A DNA stretch of 64,000 nucleotides from a virus: IMG/VR virus record IMGVR_UViG_3300009103_000015, positions 13,877 through 77,876 of that record, one strand, 5' to 3'. The position numbers and the translations under genes were made by a program. Below the pieces are notes generated by a model, which had not been told where the DNA came from, searched no databases, and saw only the letters and a program-made list of their open reading frames with translations. Each line of letters starts with the position of its first letter. Positions within the stretch are counted from its first letter, which is position 1. Below are positions 9,513-23,200 of the stretch, one piece after another.

Positions 9513-10289
9513 ATGAAAATCATTGACAACTTTGATTCAGTTGAAGAAAGAATTGAGAAATTCAATTCATGGAAAGATAGCTCTCCAAAATACCATTATG
9601 GTAAAAAGAAATTAAATCCAAACGATAACATTGTTATTGCTAAAACAACACAACCAACAGCAGATAATGGATTTATGACCAAAGCAGGAGAAAACAAACC
9701 ATACACACAATATATGTTAACACACAATCTCGTCACATCAGATGGAGATATTTATTATGCTAAGAAAATTACTTTAAAGAAATCAGATGGAACTGCATAC
9801 GGTGATACCGATTTTGCAACTGACGGAATATTCTTCCATCACATCAGTGGAAGTGTAAGTTCATCAACAACTTATGGTGCAATGATATTGGGAAGTGCCA
9901 ACGTCACAACACATCAATCAGATACTTATGGAGTTTCAGGAAACTCTGGAACAACTTTCCAATCTGGAGCTTATGATGCTTCACATGGTTCAATTAATAC
10001 AACTAAAGTCTTAACAGCAAACTATCCTCGTCATAATGACGGAGATGGAGATAACTCTGGTGGTGCAAACGATCAGGTCACATGGGCTTATTCATGGACT
10101 ACTGGCGACTTTGATACAACAGGTGCTACTGATTTGAACGGTGGTGTTATTGTTGACAGAGCAACCAACGCAACTCCAGCAAACTCTGCAAAACTGTTAT
10201 GCCACTTTGAATTTTCAAGTGCCTTCGAGAAGACTGGAAACGATACTTTGAAAGTGTTCGTTAATCATACCTTCGAGGGTGGAGCATAA
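9513..10289 (+). CDS. Putative virion structural protein
   Basis: HNLVT...LLCHFEF...KTGNDTLKVFV, G/S/T/D rich, within the fibre cluster. Confidence 0.5.
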   Translation: MKIIDNFDSVEERIEKFNSWKDSSPKYHYGKKKLNPNDNIVIAKTTQPTADNGFMTKAGENKPYTQYMLTHNLVTSDGDIYYAKKITLKKSDGTAYGDTDFATDGIFFHHISGSVSSSTTYGAMILGSANVTTHQSDTYGVSGNSGTTFQSGAYDASHGSINTTKVLTANYPRHNDGDGDNSGGANDQVTWAYSWTTGDFDTTGATDLNGGVIVDRATNATPANSAKLLCHFEFSSAFEKTGNDTLKVFVNHTFEGGA

Positions 10290-10419
10290 TGAGATTCCAC
10301 GAACTTAAAGAAGCTTATTTCAATAAGAATCCTAATAAGAAATCTGATAAGAGAGAACCAGATTCTAAAGAACATATCGGAGAAAATATTAAAGTAGTTC
10401 TAAAGAGGAGTGATAACTA

Positions 10420-11271
10420 ATGGCACGAAAAGCTATCTATAAACACGCAACTCAAGTAGATGCAACTGCTTATCCTGATGATCCTTCAGCACCAATCGGA
10501 ACAAACGAATGGAATGAAGATCCAGATAGTGCAGGAATGTTAGGTTTCACAGCACAAACCGTAGCATCAGCAACAAGTGTAGCAGTATCAAATTCAGTAT
10601 TATCATTAACAGGTTCAACAGATGTAGCAACTTTCGCAACAGGTGACACAGCAGAGAATGATTTGCTTTGGGTCACAACAACTGGAACTGTCACATTAAA
10701 ACATGGAACAGGAAATATTTATACTAAATCAGGAGCAGATACAGATCTATCAACAACAGAACCATTAATCTTCATAAGAAAAGGTTCTAATTGGTATCAA
10801 TATGGTGGAGCACCTTCTGCAAGTCCATCATTCACTGGAACAATAAGTGGAGCAAACATGACACTATCAGGAAATCTAATTGTAAATGGAGCAACATCAA
10901 CTATCAATTCTACTACAATAACAGTAGATGATAAGAACATAGAATTAGCTTCAACTGCTAGTCCTTCAGATGCTTTGGCAGATGGTGGTGGAATAACAAT
11001 CAAAGGAACAACAGATAAGACTATCATATATACAAACGCAACAGGCGACTTTGATATTTCAGAGAATGTAGATATTGCAAGTGGTAAGAAATTTAAAATT
11101 AACGGAAATGACGTATTCAGTCCAATAGACTTAGACAGAGTAGGTTCAGCACCAGCAGATCCTTCTGCAAACAAATGTCTTGTATATGTAAAATCATTAG
11201 ATGCAAATAATGATGGAATATTTATTAAGATCAAGAAAGCAGGTCAATATAACGAGGTTCAGGTGGCTTAA
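10420..11271 (+). CDS. Fibre-like virion protein
   Basis: GNLIVNGATSTINSTTITVDDKNIEL...DGGGITIKG repeat type seen in marine phage fibres. Confidence 0.6.
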   Translation: MARKAIYKHATQVDATAYPDDPSAPIGTNEWNEDPDSAGMLGFTAQTVASATSVAVSNSVLSLTGSTDVATFATGDTAENDLLWVTTTGTVTLKHGTGNIYTKSGADTDLSTTEPLIFIRKGSNWYQYGGAPSASPSFTGTISGANMTLSGNLIVNGATSTINSTTITVDDKNIELASTASPSDALADGGGITIKGTTDKTIIYTNATGDFDISENVDIASGKKFKINGNDVFSPIDLDRVGSAPADPSANKCLVYVKSLDANNDGIFIKIKKAGQYNEVQVA

Positions 11272-11273
11272 AC

Positions 11274-14249
11274 ATGGCAATTAAATATCTAGCAGGCAAT
11301 AGAATAACAGGTTTATCAACAGATACAAAACCAACTAACGTTCCAACAGATTCAGAATTTACTGAAACAGATACTAAGAAACAATTTATCTGGAGTGGTT
11401 CAGCTTGGGTTGCTTCAGGAACAGGTGGAACAGTAGAAGGTTCAGAAATTACAGTAGCAACAATTCCATTAAACAGATTAGCAAACGGAACAGCAAACAA
11501 GACCATCGGTTATGATTCAAATGGAGCTATCGCAGAATTAGCTTCTAGTTCAGGTGTAGAAGCATCAAGTGCAGTAATGACTTATGATACAGTCGGTAAA
11601 TATGGAACTTACAAACCAATCTTGGGAGCAAATACAGATTATAGAACAAGACATGGTAAAGCAACATACTGGTCTGACTTTTCAGATTCAACAATGACTT
11701 CTGGTTGGCAACATAATGGAGATGGTGCTTATGTATCAGGTGGAAAACTTCATGCACAAGCAGATGATTCAACATCAACTTATGATTTATACACATTATT
11801 AGGAGATGCAAAAGTAGATGTAAGAAATTGGTGTCTTAGATTTACATTCCAGCCAAAACTTTCATCAAGAACACAAGGTTATTGTGGATTTGGTTTATCA
11901 TCAAAAGATAATTCAAAAGAATTAGATCAGTCACAAAACTGGGTAGGATTTATTTATCAAGCTGACACTGGTGCAGGTGGTTGGTCTTGGGGAAGTTGTT
12001 ATGGTTCACAGAATCCAGTTTCACACGCAAGAGATGATAGTATGGGTGGTTCAATTAACTATTCACAAACAAATAATGCATGGGCACACAAAACAAGAGT
12101 TTACATTGAAATTATCAGAGAAGGAAACAGATTCATTTTCAGAAGATATTCAGATAATGACTTTAGAGAATGTGTAGATGAATATGAACAAAACTCCGAT
12201 GCAAAGAACTATTTCACAGATCCAGATGAATCTGAAGATGGAAATGCAACAACTCAAAACGACCAAAGATTAAGATATTTGAAAGCATCAGGTCAAGGTG
12301 GAACAACATCAGGACAAGGAATGATGGATGCAGTTATTGACTATGTTCAATTCTGGAATGGTTCATGTGGATTATCATCAGCACCTTATTACTTAACAAG
12401 AAGAGCATGGGAAAGAGATGTCACTGGAACAAAACCAGCAGGTGAAAACATTGGTGGTAGAGAACATACTCATGGAACAATCTTTAGAAACTTCCCTGTC
12501 ACAGGAACTGAAAACGTAGCTTCTGACCACAAATGTATTGGTAATGAAGCATCAACATATTGGGATGCAGTAGGAGTAAAGATAGATTCTCAAGAACATC
12601 CTATTGTAATCAATAGATGGAATGGAGAAAGAGATAATGAACAGGTTTGGGTTAGACATAATGGTTATCCACTTAGAAGTGTAAAATTCTGGTTATGGAA
12701 AGAAGGAAGTCCAACTGGAAGACTTAGATTAGTTGTCTATGGACAATCATCAAACTCACACTTTAGATGTCGTTCAAAGAACTGGATAGATGCATCAACA
12801 TTATCATCAACAGCAGGTAAAGCAAATGCTACTGCATGTGAATTTTTCATTGACGGTTATTTACCAAGACATGACGACCACTTTGTTGTAGAATTGGAAG
12901 CACCAACTAAGACAGATGATGCAGATGGTTATACTATTCCAGCACCACACTATCGTGGACAATCACACGCATCAACAGCTAGAGTTCATATCTGTTGTAG
13001 AAATGATGCTAACAATGATACAGAAGATAATTGGTCAGGACAATATATGAGATTAGGTTATTGTTATAATAGACAAAGCACTGGTTCTAGTGGAACAGGT
13101 GTTCCAAATATGTCAAGAACAGGAACTACTAACACAAGCCACTATTGGTATGATGTTGGTGGAATTACAAGTGATGATTCTTGGACACCATACGTTGAAT
13201 GGAAATGGGGAGCAGATGCTTACATATCTCCACCAGAAGCAAACACACACATTGACTGTTTCGTAGGAGAAGATCAATGGAAGTATGAACAATATAATCA
13301 AGGTAGAAGTAATTATGATGATTGGCAAAGTGAATTATCAAGTAGTGACCCATTGACAATGTCATGGTCAACAACTCAACACAGTAATGGTTGGGAAACT
13401 GGAAACAGCACAAACCACGCATATTTCTGGGATAACGATTCAGATTCATTGACATCAAACACAGAAACTTACAATTCTAGAAGAATGAACATGGAAAATA
13501 TGGAATTTGACCAATATCGTGAATGTGACTTTAGTAGTGCAAAACACAGAACTATCATCATGAGAGTTTATTACAGATATGGTTCAATTATGTTCTTTGG
13601 AAGAGGAAACAATTCTAACTCATGGGAACCAAATGATAAAGGTGAGAAAGAAGCATTAGGAACAGGTAATCCATACATCAGAGATAGATACAATGAATGG
13701 AAAGAACTATGTTATGATGAGAACTATTATGGTTCATGGGATCACAGAGTAATTGTAATAAGTGGTTATTGGAGATACCTAAGAATGTATTTCCGTTCAA
13801 GATCAAACGACCAACAGATGAATACACAATTCTACTGGTATGCAAACTATCCAAGAAAGATTGTATCACATATTGATATCACTCCATTAAAGAAAGACTA
13901 TACACATAACGCATCATCAGCAAATGCATCAACTGATATCATGACTGCAACACAGTTAGAGATACAGAAACAAGATATTGATGAAACAACTACTAACGAA
14001 TATCCATTATACACAACTGTAAGAACAATTAACGTATCAGCATTAACAGATGGACAATCTAACTATATCAGAGTTCCAGTAGCAGATACAACTTGTTATC
14101 GTATCAGAGTAAAAGATTCAGGAAACAAAGTATTAGCATTATCACAAGTTAGGGTAAAGTATCATGACAGTAATGATATCTCATTCAATCATGGACATCA
14201 ACCTATGACAGCAACAGATGCAAGTTTGCAGTTGTCTGGAGAAGCATAG
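11274..14249 (+). CDS. Large putative receptor-binding/fibre protein
   Basis: N-terminal GLSTDTKPT...ETDT...WSGSAW anchor module, then W/Y/S/G-rich beta domains. Confidence 0.55.
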   Translation: MAIKYLAGNRITGLSTDTKPTNVPTDSEFTETDTKKQFIWSGSAWVASGTGGTVEGSEITVATIPLNRLANGTANKTIGYDSNGAIAELASSSGVEASSAVMTYDTVGKYGTYKPILGANTDYRTRHGKATYWSDFSDSTMTSGWQHNGDGAYVSGGKLHAQADDSTSTYDLYTLLGDAKVDVRNWCLRFTFQPKLSSRTQGYCGFGLSSKDNSKELDQSQNWVGFIYQADTGAGGWSWGSCYGSQNPVSHARDDSMGGSINYSQTNNAWAHKTRVYIEIIREGNRFIFRRYSDNDFRECVDEYEQNSDAKNYFTDPDESEDGNATTQNDQRLRYLKASGQGGTTSGQGMMDAVIDYVQFWNGSCGLSSAPYYLTRRAWERDVTGTKPAGENIGGREHTHGTIFRNFPVTGTENVASDHKCIGNEASTYWDAVGVKIDSQEHPIVINRWNGERDNEQVWVRHNGYPLRSVKFWLWKEGSPTGRLRLVVYGQSSNSHFRCRSKNWIDASTLSSTAGKANATACEFFIDGYLPRHDDHFVVELEAPTKTDDADGYTIPAPHYRGQSHASTARVHICCRNDANNDTEDNWSGQYMRLGYCYNRQSTGSSGTGVPNMSRTGTTNTSHYWYDVGGITSDDSWTPYVEWKWGADAYISPPEANTHIDCFVGEDQWKYEQYNQGRSNYDDWQSELSSSDPLTMSWSTTQHSNGWETGNSTNHAYFWDNDSDSLTSNTETYNSRRMNMENMEFDQYRECDFSSAKHRTIIMRVYYRYGSIMFFGRGNNSNSWEPNDKGEKEALGTGNPYIRDRYNEWKELCYDENYYGSWDHRVIVISGYWRYLRMYFRSRSNDQQMNTQFYWYANYPRKIVSHIDITPLKKDYTHNASSANASTDIMTATQLEIQKQDIDETTTNEYPLYTTVRTINVSALTDGQSNYIRVPVADTTCYRIRVKDSGNKVLALSQVRVKYHDSNDISFNHGHQPMTATDASLQLSGEA

Positions 14250-14272
14250 ATAGTTTTTATGGGTAGTCCTCA

Positions 14273-17200
14273 TTGGCTATCCTCAAGGTATTCCAGAATA
14301 GTATATTTGATTCTGACTTATTTCAAGCTCAAACAATAGGTAAGACATTCCAATCTAACATATTTGATAGTGATATCTTTCAACAAATACCTACCTTAAC
14401 AAGTATAGATAATGTATTTCAAACTGATATCTTTCAGAAAGTTTATGGTGGAAAATTATTATTCCAAAAACAATATACAATATCAACGAGTTCTGAAATA
14501 GCTAAAGTATTTCAATCTAGTATATTTGATTCTGATTTATTCCAAACAACTTCATTCACTCCAACGATATATCCTAAGAAAGTATTCCAGAATAACATAT
14601 TCCAGAATGTATTATTCCAAACAAAACAATTAGCTAATGCTGGAAAGTATATCTTCCAAAGTGGATTATTCCAAGCAGATGTATTTGATGTTCCAAACCT
14701 TATCAAGATTTCAATAAGTGAAATGATGAGTATCATTGAAGTTCAACCTGAAAAGGTCATGGGATTTGTAAACACATTCAATGATTCTGCAATAGAAATT
14801 CTAATGACTATATACAAAGTCATGGGTAAAACCAAGACTGCTGGTCTTGATGCTGTATCAACTACTGAACTTCAATATCATACAAGAGCTCGGAAGAATC
14901 ACATCCAAGAAGTTTTAGATTTATCAGAGTTTATTAGTTTTAGTAAGAAGACAGATAATACAAGTGTAGAAAAGGTATTTCAGTCTAACATATTTCAATC
15001 ATCAGTATTCCAAAAGAAGTATAAGAGAATTAGAGAATCAGCAGATAAAGTATTCAGTTCAATATATCAAAGTGATGTATTCCAAACATTAGGTTTCAAG
15101 TTATTAGATATTCCAAATGTATTCACATCAATATTTCAGAAAGATATATTCCAAGTTGCTCACACAGTATCAAACCCAGCACCATTCCAAACAAACATCT
15201 TCCAATCTAACATATTCCATATCACAGTAAAGATAAAACACGCAATCAATGAGAGTGTTGCAATTTCTGAATCAGTTTCATTCGCTAAAGGTAAACCACA
15301 AACAATTTCAGATAATGTAGGAATTAGTGAACAGAATAATTATATTGAAAACGCATTAGGACAGGCAAAGTCTGAAACAAGAAATGAATCACTATCAATC
15401 ACTGAATCAATTTCATTCGTAAAGAAGAAAGTAAAAACAGTTAGTGAAGATGTTTCAGTAGTAGAAGTATTAGATGCAGAAGCAAAGAGAGATCCAAATG
15501 TAGTTGCTAAATTATTCCAAACCAATATCTTTGATCAGGACATATTTCAAAAGAGATTCCTACTCAAACGACTACAAATATCCAAAGTATTTCAGCTTAA
15601 CATATTTGATACTGATATTTTCCAACAGGTTTTCAATCCTGATGTTATCACTAAGATATTCCAGACAAATGTATTCTCAACTAAATTATTCCAGCAAGAA
15701 ACAAAGCATAGTGCATTAGGAATTATTCAATCAATATTCCAAGTAGGACTATTCCAATCTGATACTTTCCAAACTATTGTTCCAATTCCAAAGATACCAG
15801 CACTTGATAGTGTAGGTATAACTGAAACAATTTCTACAAGAAGAATAAGAAAGAATCCAAAGAGTGTTTCAGAAAACATTTCAATCTCTGAAGGTTTGGT
15901 TAGCAGAAAGGGAGATGTTAAAACAATCTCTGAATCTATTGGAGTATCAGATTCATTATCATCACAATCAGGTTTCGTTAGAACCACAACAGAAAATGTT
16001 TCTATTTCAGAATCAATATCATTCAAGAAACATAAACAAATTGATGAAACAATTAATGTTTCTGAATCTGTAATAAGACCAAGAGGAATAGTTAGAACAA
16101 TTTCTGATGGATTAGGTATCACTGAATCAATAGTAAGACCAAGACCAATAACTAGAATAATTAATGAAACAATATCAATCACTGAATCATTAGTTAAACC
16201 TTGGTTCAAGAGAATAGATGAAGCAGTTGGAATTACTGAATCTGTTCAAAGAGTGAGAAAATTAATCAGGACTTTCAACGAGAATATTTCAATCACAGAA
16301 ACAGGTAAACCTGAATTTTATAGATTATCAGAAAAATTCTTTGAGAAAGTTTTCCAAACAAACGTATTCCAACAAGATGTATTCCAAAAGAAGTATGATG
16401 CTAATGCAATTAAGAAAGCAATATTCCAATCATTCTTCCAAAGTGATATATTCCAACAGGCATATCAACCATTAGCAAGAACAAAGAAAACAGTATTCCA
16501 AACTGACATATTCGATTCTAAATTATTCCAATTTGAGTATAATGTTGAAAAACCACTTGCAAGATTATTCCAAAGAAGTGTATTCCAAAATAATATATTC
16601 CAAGCAAGAAAATTATTCAAACCATCTACAAGTGTTAAGAAATTATTCCAAACGAATGTATTCCAAACAGATTATAGAAAGAGAGTATTCCAACAGGCAT
16701 TTGATACTGCTGTAATTAAGATTAGAAACGTATTCAGTGGAATATATCAATACCCATTATTCCAAGCACCTGAACCAATAAGAAAACCAATAGAAGAGAT
16801 AGAAGGAATATCAGAATCATTAGTTGTAATTGGTGGAAAACCACAGAGTATTCCTGAAACAATTAATGTTGTTGAATCAACTTCAAGGTCCAGAACATTA
16901 GTTAGAAGTATTTCAGATTCAGTTGGAGTATCAGATACAATTCCATATTACAAACAAAGAACATGGAAGATTCCTCAATCAGATACCATTGGTGTCACAG
17001 AAGAAATTACTACAAAGAAAAGACAGGTCACATACTTTGTCAATAAAATATTCCAAACTGATATCTTCGACCAAGACATATTCCAAAAGAAATGGGATCA
17101 ACATAAACTCATTACAAAAGTGTTCCAATCTAATATCTTTGATACTGACATATTCAGTCAAGGTTTCAATAAGTTCATCATTCCATCTATATTCCAAACG

Positions 17201-20200
17201 AATGTATTTGGTGGAAAGTTCTGGCAGAAACAATATGATACTAGAAAACTTGGTAAGTATATCTTCACAACAGTATTCCAAAGTGATGTATTCCAAGCAC
17301 CATTCAAGAAAAAGAAATCAGTTGTTGATACAATAGGAATATCTGAATCATCTTCAAAGGTTAAAGGATTTGTTAAGAAGGTAGATGAATCTCTAGGAAT
17401 TACAGAAACATTATCTAAGATTGTTAGAAAGACAATTACTAAATCAATATCAGAAACAGTTGGAATATCTGAAATAAAGAAGTTCGCTAAATCATTACAG
17501 GTCACAGTCACAGAGAATGTAGAAATCATAGATCTAACCAGAAAGAAACTAGAGAGAGTAATCTTTACAATTCCACGTATCTTCCAAACGAATATTTTCG
17601 ATCAAGATGTATTCCAAAAACTTTGGGATCCAACTGCTACTGCAATATCTAAAATATTCCAAAGTAATGTATTTGATACAGATGTTTTCCAACAAGCATT
17701 TAGCACTAACATTAAACCAAAGATATTCGACCAAGATATATTCCAAGTCAATGTATTCCAAACTAAATCACATGACATACTAAAGAAATCTAAATCAATA
17801 TTCACAGGTGGAATATTCCAAGTTAATGTATTCCAAACTCCACAGAAACTAACAAAATCCGTATATGATAATGTAGGAATTGTAGAATCTGCAATAAAGA
17901 AAGTCATTCCACAAATTAGTAAATCTATTTCAGAATCAGTAGGAGTTGTAGAATCATCATCTAAATCAGTAGGAAAGACAAAGACAGTTCCATTAGATAA
18001 TGTAGGAATTACAGAAACAACAGGTTATGCAAAACTCTTAAAGAAATCTATATCGGACAGCGTATCAATATTAGATCTAACAAGAAAGAAATTAGAACAG
18101 GTCATATTCACTATTCCAAGAATATTCCAAACCAATATATTCCAACAACCTACAAGCAGTTATCCAAAATACATATTCCAAAAGTTGTGGGATCCATCAT
18201 CTACATCTATTGCTAAAGTATTTCAATCAGATGTATTCGATAACGATCTATTCCAACAGGCAAGTGACACGAATATCAAACCTAAAGTGTTCACAAGTAT
18301 ATTCCAGCACAACATATTCCAAACCAAACAACAAGATTTGGCAAAGAAATCAAAGGTTGTATTCCAAGTTAAAGTATTCCACAGTAATGTATTCCAAAGT
18401 GCAATACAGGTTAAGAAAACAATCTATGATACTATTGGAGTTGTTGAATCAACAGTAAGAAAGATAATTCCACAGATAAGTAAATCGATATCAGAGAATC
18501 TTGGAATCGTTGAAAGTATCAGTAAGAGTATTGGTAAGACAAAGACCGTTCCAACTGATAGTGTAGGAATTACTGAATCAACTGGATTCGCTAAACTATT
18601 GAAGAAATCTGTAAGTGATACAGTTGGAATTATTGATCTAACTAGATACAACAAAGAACAAACAATATTCACAATTCCGAGAGTGTTCCAAACTAACATA
18701 TTTGATAATGACGTGTTCCAACAACTATGGGATCCATCAAGCACTTCGATTAGTAAAGTATTCCAGTCTAACATATTTGATACCGACGTATTCCAGCAAG
18801 GATTCTTCACTAATATCAAGTCAAAGGTATTCCAAAACATATTCCAACACAATGTCTTCCAAACAAAGATATTTGATATTAAGAAGAAAGCAACAAAGAT
18901 ATTCCAAGTCAAAGTATTCGACTTCAAAGTATTCCAATCTCCAATCGGAATATTCAAGGCAATATACGATACAGTTAATGTCGCAGAATCTACTGTTAAG
19001 AAGATTATTCCTCAAATCAGTAAATCAATTAATGAGAATGTAGGAATATCTGAATCAGAGAATAAATCAATAGGAATTACTAAGACTGCTCCAACTGATT
19101 CTGTATCAATATCTGAAACAACACAGTTTGCTAAGAAATTAACAAAGACTATTACTGAATCTGCAATCACAATCTATGATTTCACAAAACATTTCAAGAA
19201 ACAAACCATCTTCACGATACCAAAGGTTTTCCAATCAAATGTATTCGATACAGACGTATTCCAAACTCTATACAATCCACTTGCAACTGCATTTAGTAAA
19301 GTATTCCAATCCAATGTGTTTGACCAAGATGTATTCCAGAAGGCATACGATAGTGTCATAAGACCAGCAGTATTCACTTCGGTATTCCAGTCTAAAGTAT
19401 TCCAGAAGGCAGTTGATACGAGAAAGATTAGAACAAAACCATTCCAGTATAAAGTATTCCAATACAATGTATTCCAAGCACCTCAACTACTCAAGGAATC
19501 AATCTATGAAACTGTTAATGTTAACGAATCAATCGCAACAAGAAAAGAGAATGTAGTAAGAGCTCAAAAGACAGATACAGTTGGAATAACAGAATCCGTC
19601 AGCACAGTAAAAGGAATTGCAAAAGATACAACAGAAAGTGTTGGAATAGTTGAAACTGTTTACAAATCAATCGGTGTAGTAAAATCTGTCACTGAACCTG
19701 TAAGTGTTGTAGAAGTCTTAACCAAATTCGATTGGAGAAAGATTACATTTATCTATAAAGTGTTCCAAGACTTCTTCCAAGAAAATGTATTCCAACAACA
19801 GTATAACATATTCCCATTCAGTGGAAGAAGAACTGCAAAGATAAAGAAACTATTCCAATCCAACGTCTTTGACAATGATGTATTCCAATCTAAAGTATTC
19901 GATCTAGATATAATTCCAAGAGTATTCAATCAATGGGTATTCCAACAACCTAGTGATGAATATCCATATCCTGTATTCCAGAGATTATACAAACTATCAG
20001 AACATGAGGAAACAAGGACAAAGATATTCCAACAGAACATATTCCAGTCCAATCTATTCTCTGTAAGACTACCATTACACATAGAGTATAAACAAGAATA
20101 TGGAACTGATCCACCAATCGCAATCAATGAATCTATAAGTATTGTTCTCGGTAAGAACCAAAGAATCAATGAGAATATTGGAATCAGTGAATCAATATCA

Positions 20201-23200
20201 TTCAATACTGCACAGAACCAAACCATATCTGAATCAGTTGGTATTACAGAAAACTTCAGTAGATCTAGAAGTCTTGTAAGAATATTCACAGAAGAATTAC
20301 CAATCTTAATGTTCAGAGATGGTTGGCTAACTCCAAGAAACCTAGTAAGAACGATAGATGAAACTGTTGGAATCACAGAAACAAAGACCTTCCTACAAGG
20401 AATGATTAAGACTATTTCAGAATCCGTATCGGTAGATGAATTTAGACAGAGATTAAGAAAGCCAATAGTTAGATCAATAGCTGAAGCAATTAGTATCGCT
20501 GAAAGTGTTGTAAGAGTTAGACCTGTAATACGTTCAATCTTTGAAGATGTATTCATAGATGGATTCTCATACGAGGGAATTGGAAAGGCAGTTAGAGATA
20601 GAACAAGAATCGTAAGTGAAACTGTTTCAGTAGATGAGTTTAGACAAAGACTTAGAAAGTTATTGGTTAGAACTGTATCTGATAATGTATCTATTGCAGA
20701 TGTTCCAAACAAGGCAAGAGGTATAGCAAGAACCCTATCTGATTCATTAGGAATAACAGATCTATCTGTAAGAACAAGAAACAGAATAAAATCTATTTCA
20801 GATTCAGTTTCAATTACAGAATCAATCGTAAGAGTATTCACACTTGCTAGAAGTATCAATGAAACTGTTAACGTGGAAATGTTCAGAGATAGAGCTAGAG
20901 TAATTGCTAGATCAATTTCAGAATCTATTGGAATTATAGAATCAACTGTTTATGCTAGAATACTTAACAGAATTTTATCTGAATCTGTATCTGTTGAAGA
21001 AGCATTATCCAAAGCAAGAACATTATCAAGAATCATATCTGATAGTGTAGGATTAACAGAACTACCAAAGACAGCTAGAACAATTTCAAGAGCAGTAGCA
21101 GATTCAATAGGATTAACAGAATCAATATCTAAGGCAAGAACTCTAGCAAGATCAATATCTGATTCAGTAGATATTTCAGAATTTAGAGGAAAGGCAAGAG
21201 ATCTCATAAGAGTATTCGTAAACGAAACAGTTGGAATTGTAGAATCAACATCTAGAGTAAGATCACTAGCAAGAAGTGTAGTAGAAAACATTGGAATAAC
21301 AGATGTCATTTCAAAGGCAAGAACATTAGTTAGATCTGTATCTGATTCTATTGGAATAACTGAATCATTAGTTAAAGCAAGATCTATCGCAAGAGGTATT
21401 GTAGAATCTACTGGAATTGTAGAATCCATTGGTAGAGCAAGAGGTGTAGCTAGAACAATAACTGATTCATTAGAAATGTATGAGTTTGGTTGGTTAGGAT
21501 TAAGATTACCATTAAGAGTATTAGGAAGATCTAGAATTGTTAACGAATCATTAGCAATATCTGAATCTCCAACATCTGTAAGAGGTAGATTAAAGAGAAT
21601 AGCAGAAAGCATTGGAATCACAGAAGCCAAATCAAAGGCATTAGGTTTCGTAAGAACATTAACAGAATCTGCAATTTCAATAACTGAAACTTTGAATAGA
21701 GTTAGAGCAGTATCTAGACCAATTTCAGAATCAGTAGGAATTACAGATGCTAGAGATATACAAAGAGCATTATCTAGAATACTTTCAGAGAATGTTGCTG
21801 TATCAGAATCATTAGTTAAAGTAAGAACAATGATAAGAGTTCTATCTGAATCTGTTGCTATATCTGAAGTTCCAACGAAGGTCAGAATAATACTTAGAAT
21901 GATATCTGAATCCATTGGAATAACTGAAACAATATCTAGAGCAAGAGGACTTTACAAGATAATTAACGAATCTGTTGGAATCACTATGTTTAGAAATAGT
22001 GGTAGATTAATCGCTAGAATTATTTCAGATTCAATAGGAATTACTGAAGCAAAGAACATATTTAGAAATAGATTCAGAGCAATACAAGAATCAGTATCAT
22101 TAACTGAAGCAATCGTAAGAATAAGAAGCCTAAGTAGAATAATCTCTGATAATGTAGCAGTCGCAGAAGTTTCAGAGAAGATTAGAATAATACTTAGATC
22201 TATTTCTGAATCAATCTCAATAGCAGAAACAGTAGCAAGATCTAGAACCTTATCTAGAATGTTATCAGAAAGTGTTTCAGTCACACAGTTTAGAAATAGT
22301 GCTAGAATAATTGCTAGAGTAATAACAGAATCAATTTCAATATCTGAAACAGCAATAAGAGTTAGAGGAATTGCTAGAATATTACAAGAATCTGTTGGCT
22401 TAGTAGAATCAATAGATATTCAGAGAGCATTATCAAGAATAAGAGCAGAAACTATTGCTATCACAGAATCAACTTCTAAGTTTAGACTTAGATTACGATC
22501 TATTGTTGAATCAGTAGGTATAACCGAAGTTCCAGTTAGAGTTAGAGGATTATCTAGAATCATATCTGAATCTGTCGGAATTACAATGTTCAGAAACTCT
22601 GCAAGATTAATTGCTAGAATAATATCTGAATCAATTTCAGTAGCAGAATCTATCACAACATTAAGAGGAAGATTAAGAGCAATAATAGAATCCATTGGAA
22701 TTACAGATGTTCCAACTAGAGCAAAGACTATCGCTAGAATAATACTAGAAACTGTTGCAGTAGAAGACTTTAGAGGTAGAGCTAGAGAATTAATCAGGGT
22801 TATTGTCAACGAATCAGTTGCTATCACAGAAGCAATACACAAACAATTCTTCATCGCAAGAGCTATTTCAGAAGGAATTGCAATAGCAGAATCTATTGTT
22901 AGATCTAGAGGACTATCTAGAATTATATCTGAATCAACTTCAATATCTGAATCATTAGTAAGACTAAGAACATTATCTAGAGCAATAGCTGAAGTTGTTA
23001 ACACAACAGAATTTAGAGGTAGAGCAAGAGAACTATTAGCAAGAGTAATTTCTGAATCAATAGCAATTACAGAATCATCAATCAAAGTAAGAGGTAGATT
23101 GAAACGTATTGCAGAATCAGTAGCAATAACTCCTGAAACAACTTCTAGAGCAATAGGATTTGTAAGAACTGTTCCATTAGATGTAATAGGAATAACTGAA

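Noticed and set aside
14273-20100. Recurrent (G)TATTCCA(A) DNA words resembling a CRISPR or iteron array
   Set aside because: They encode the in-frame (V/I)FQ repeat, vary at synonymous positions and lack constant repeat/spacer lengths
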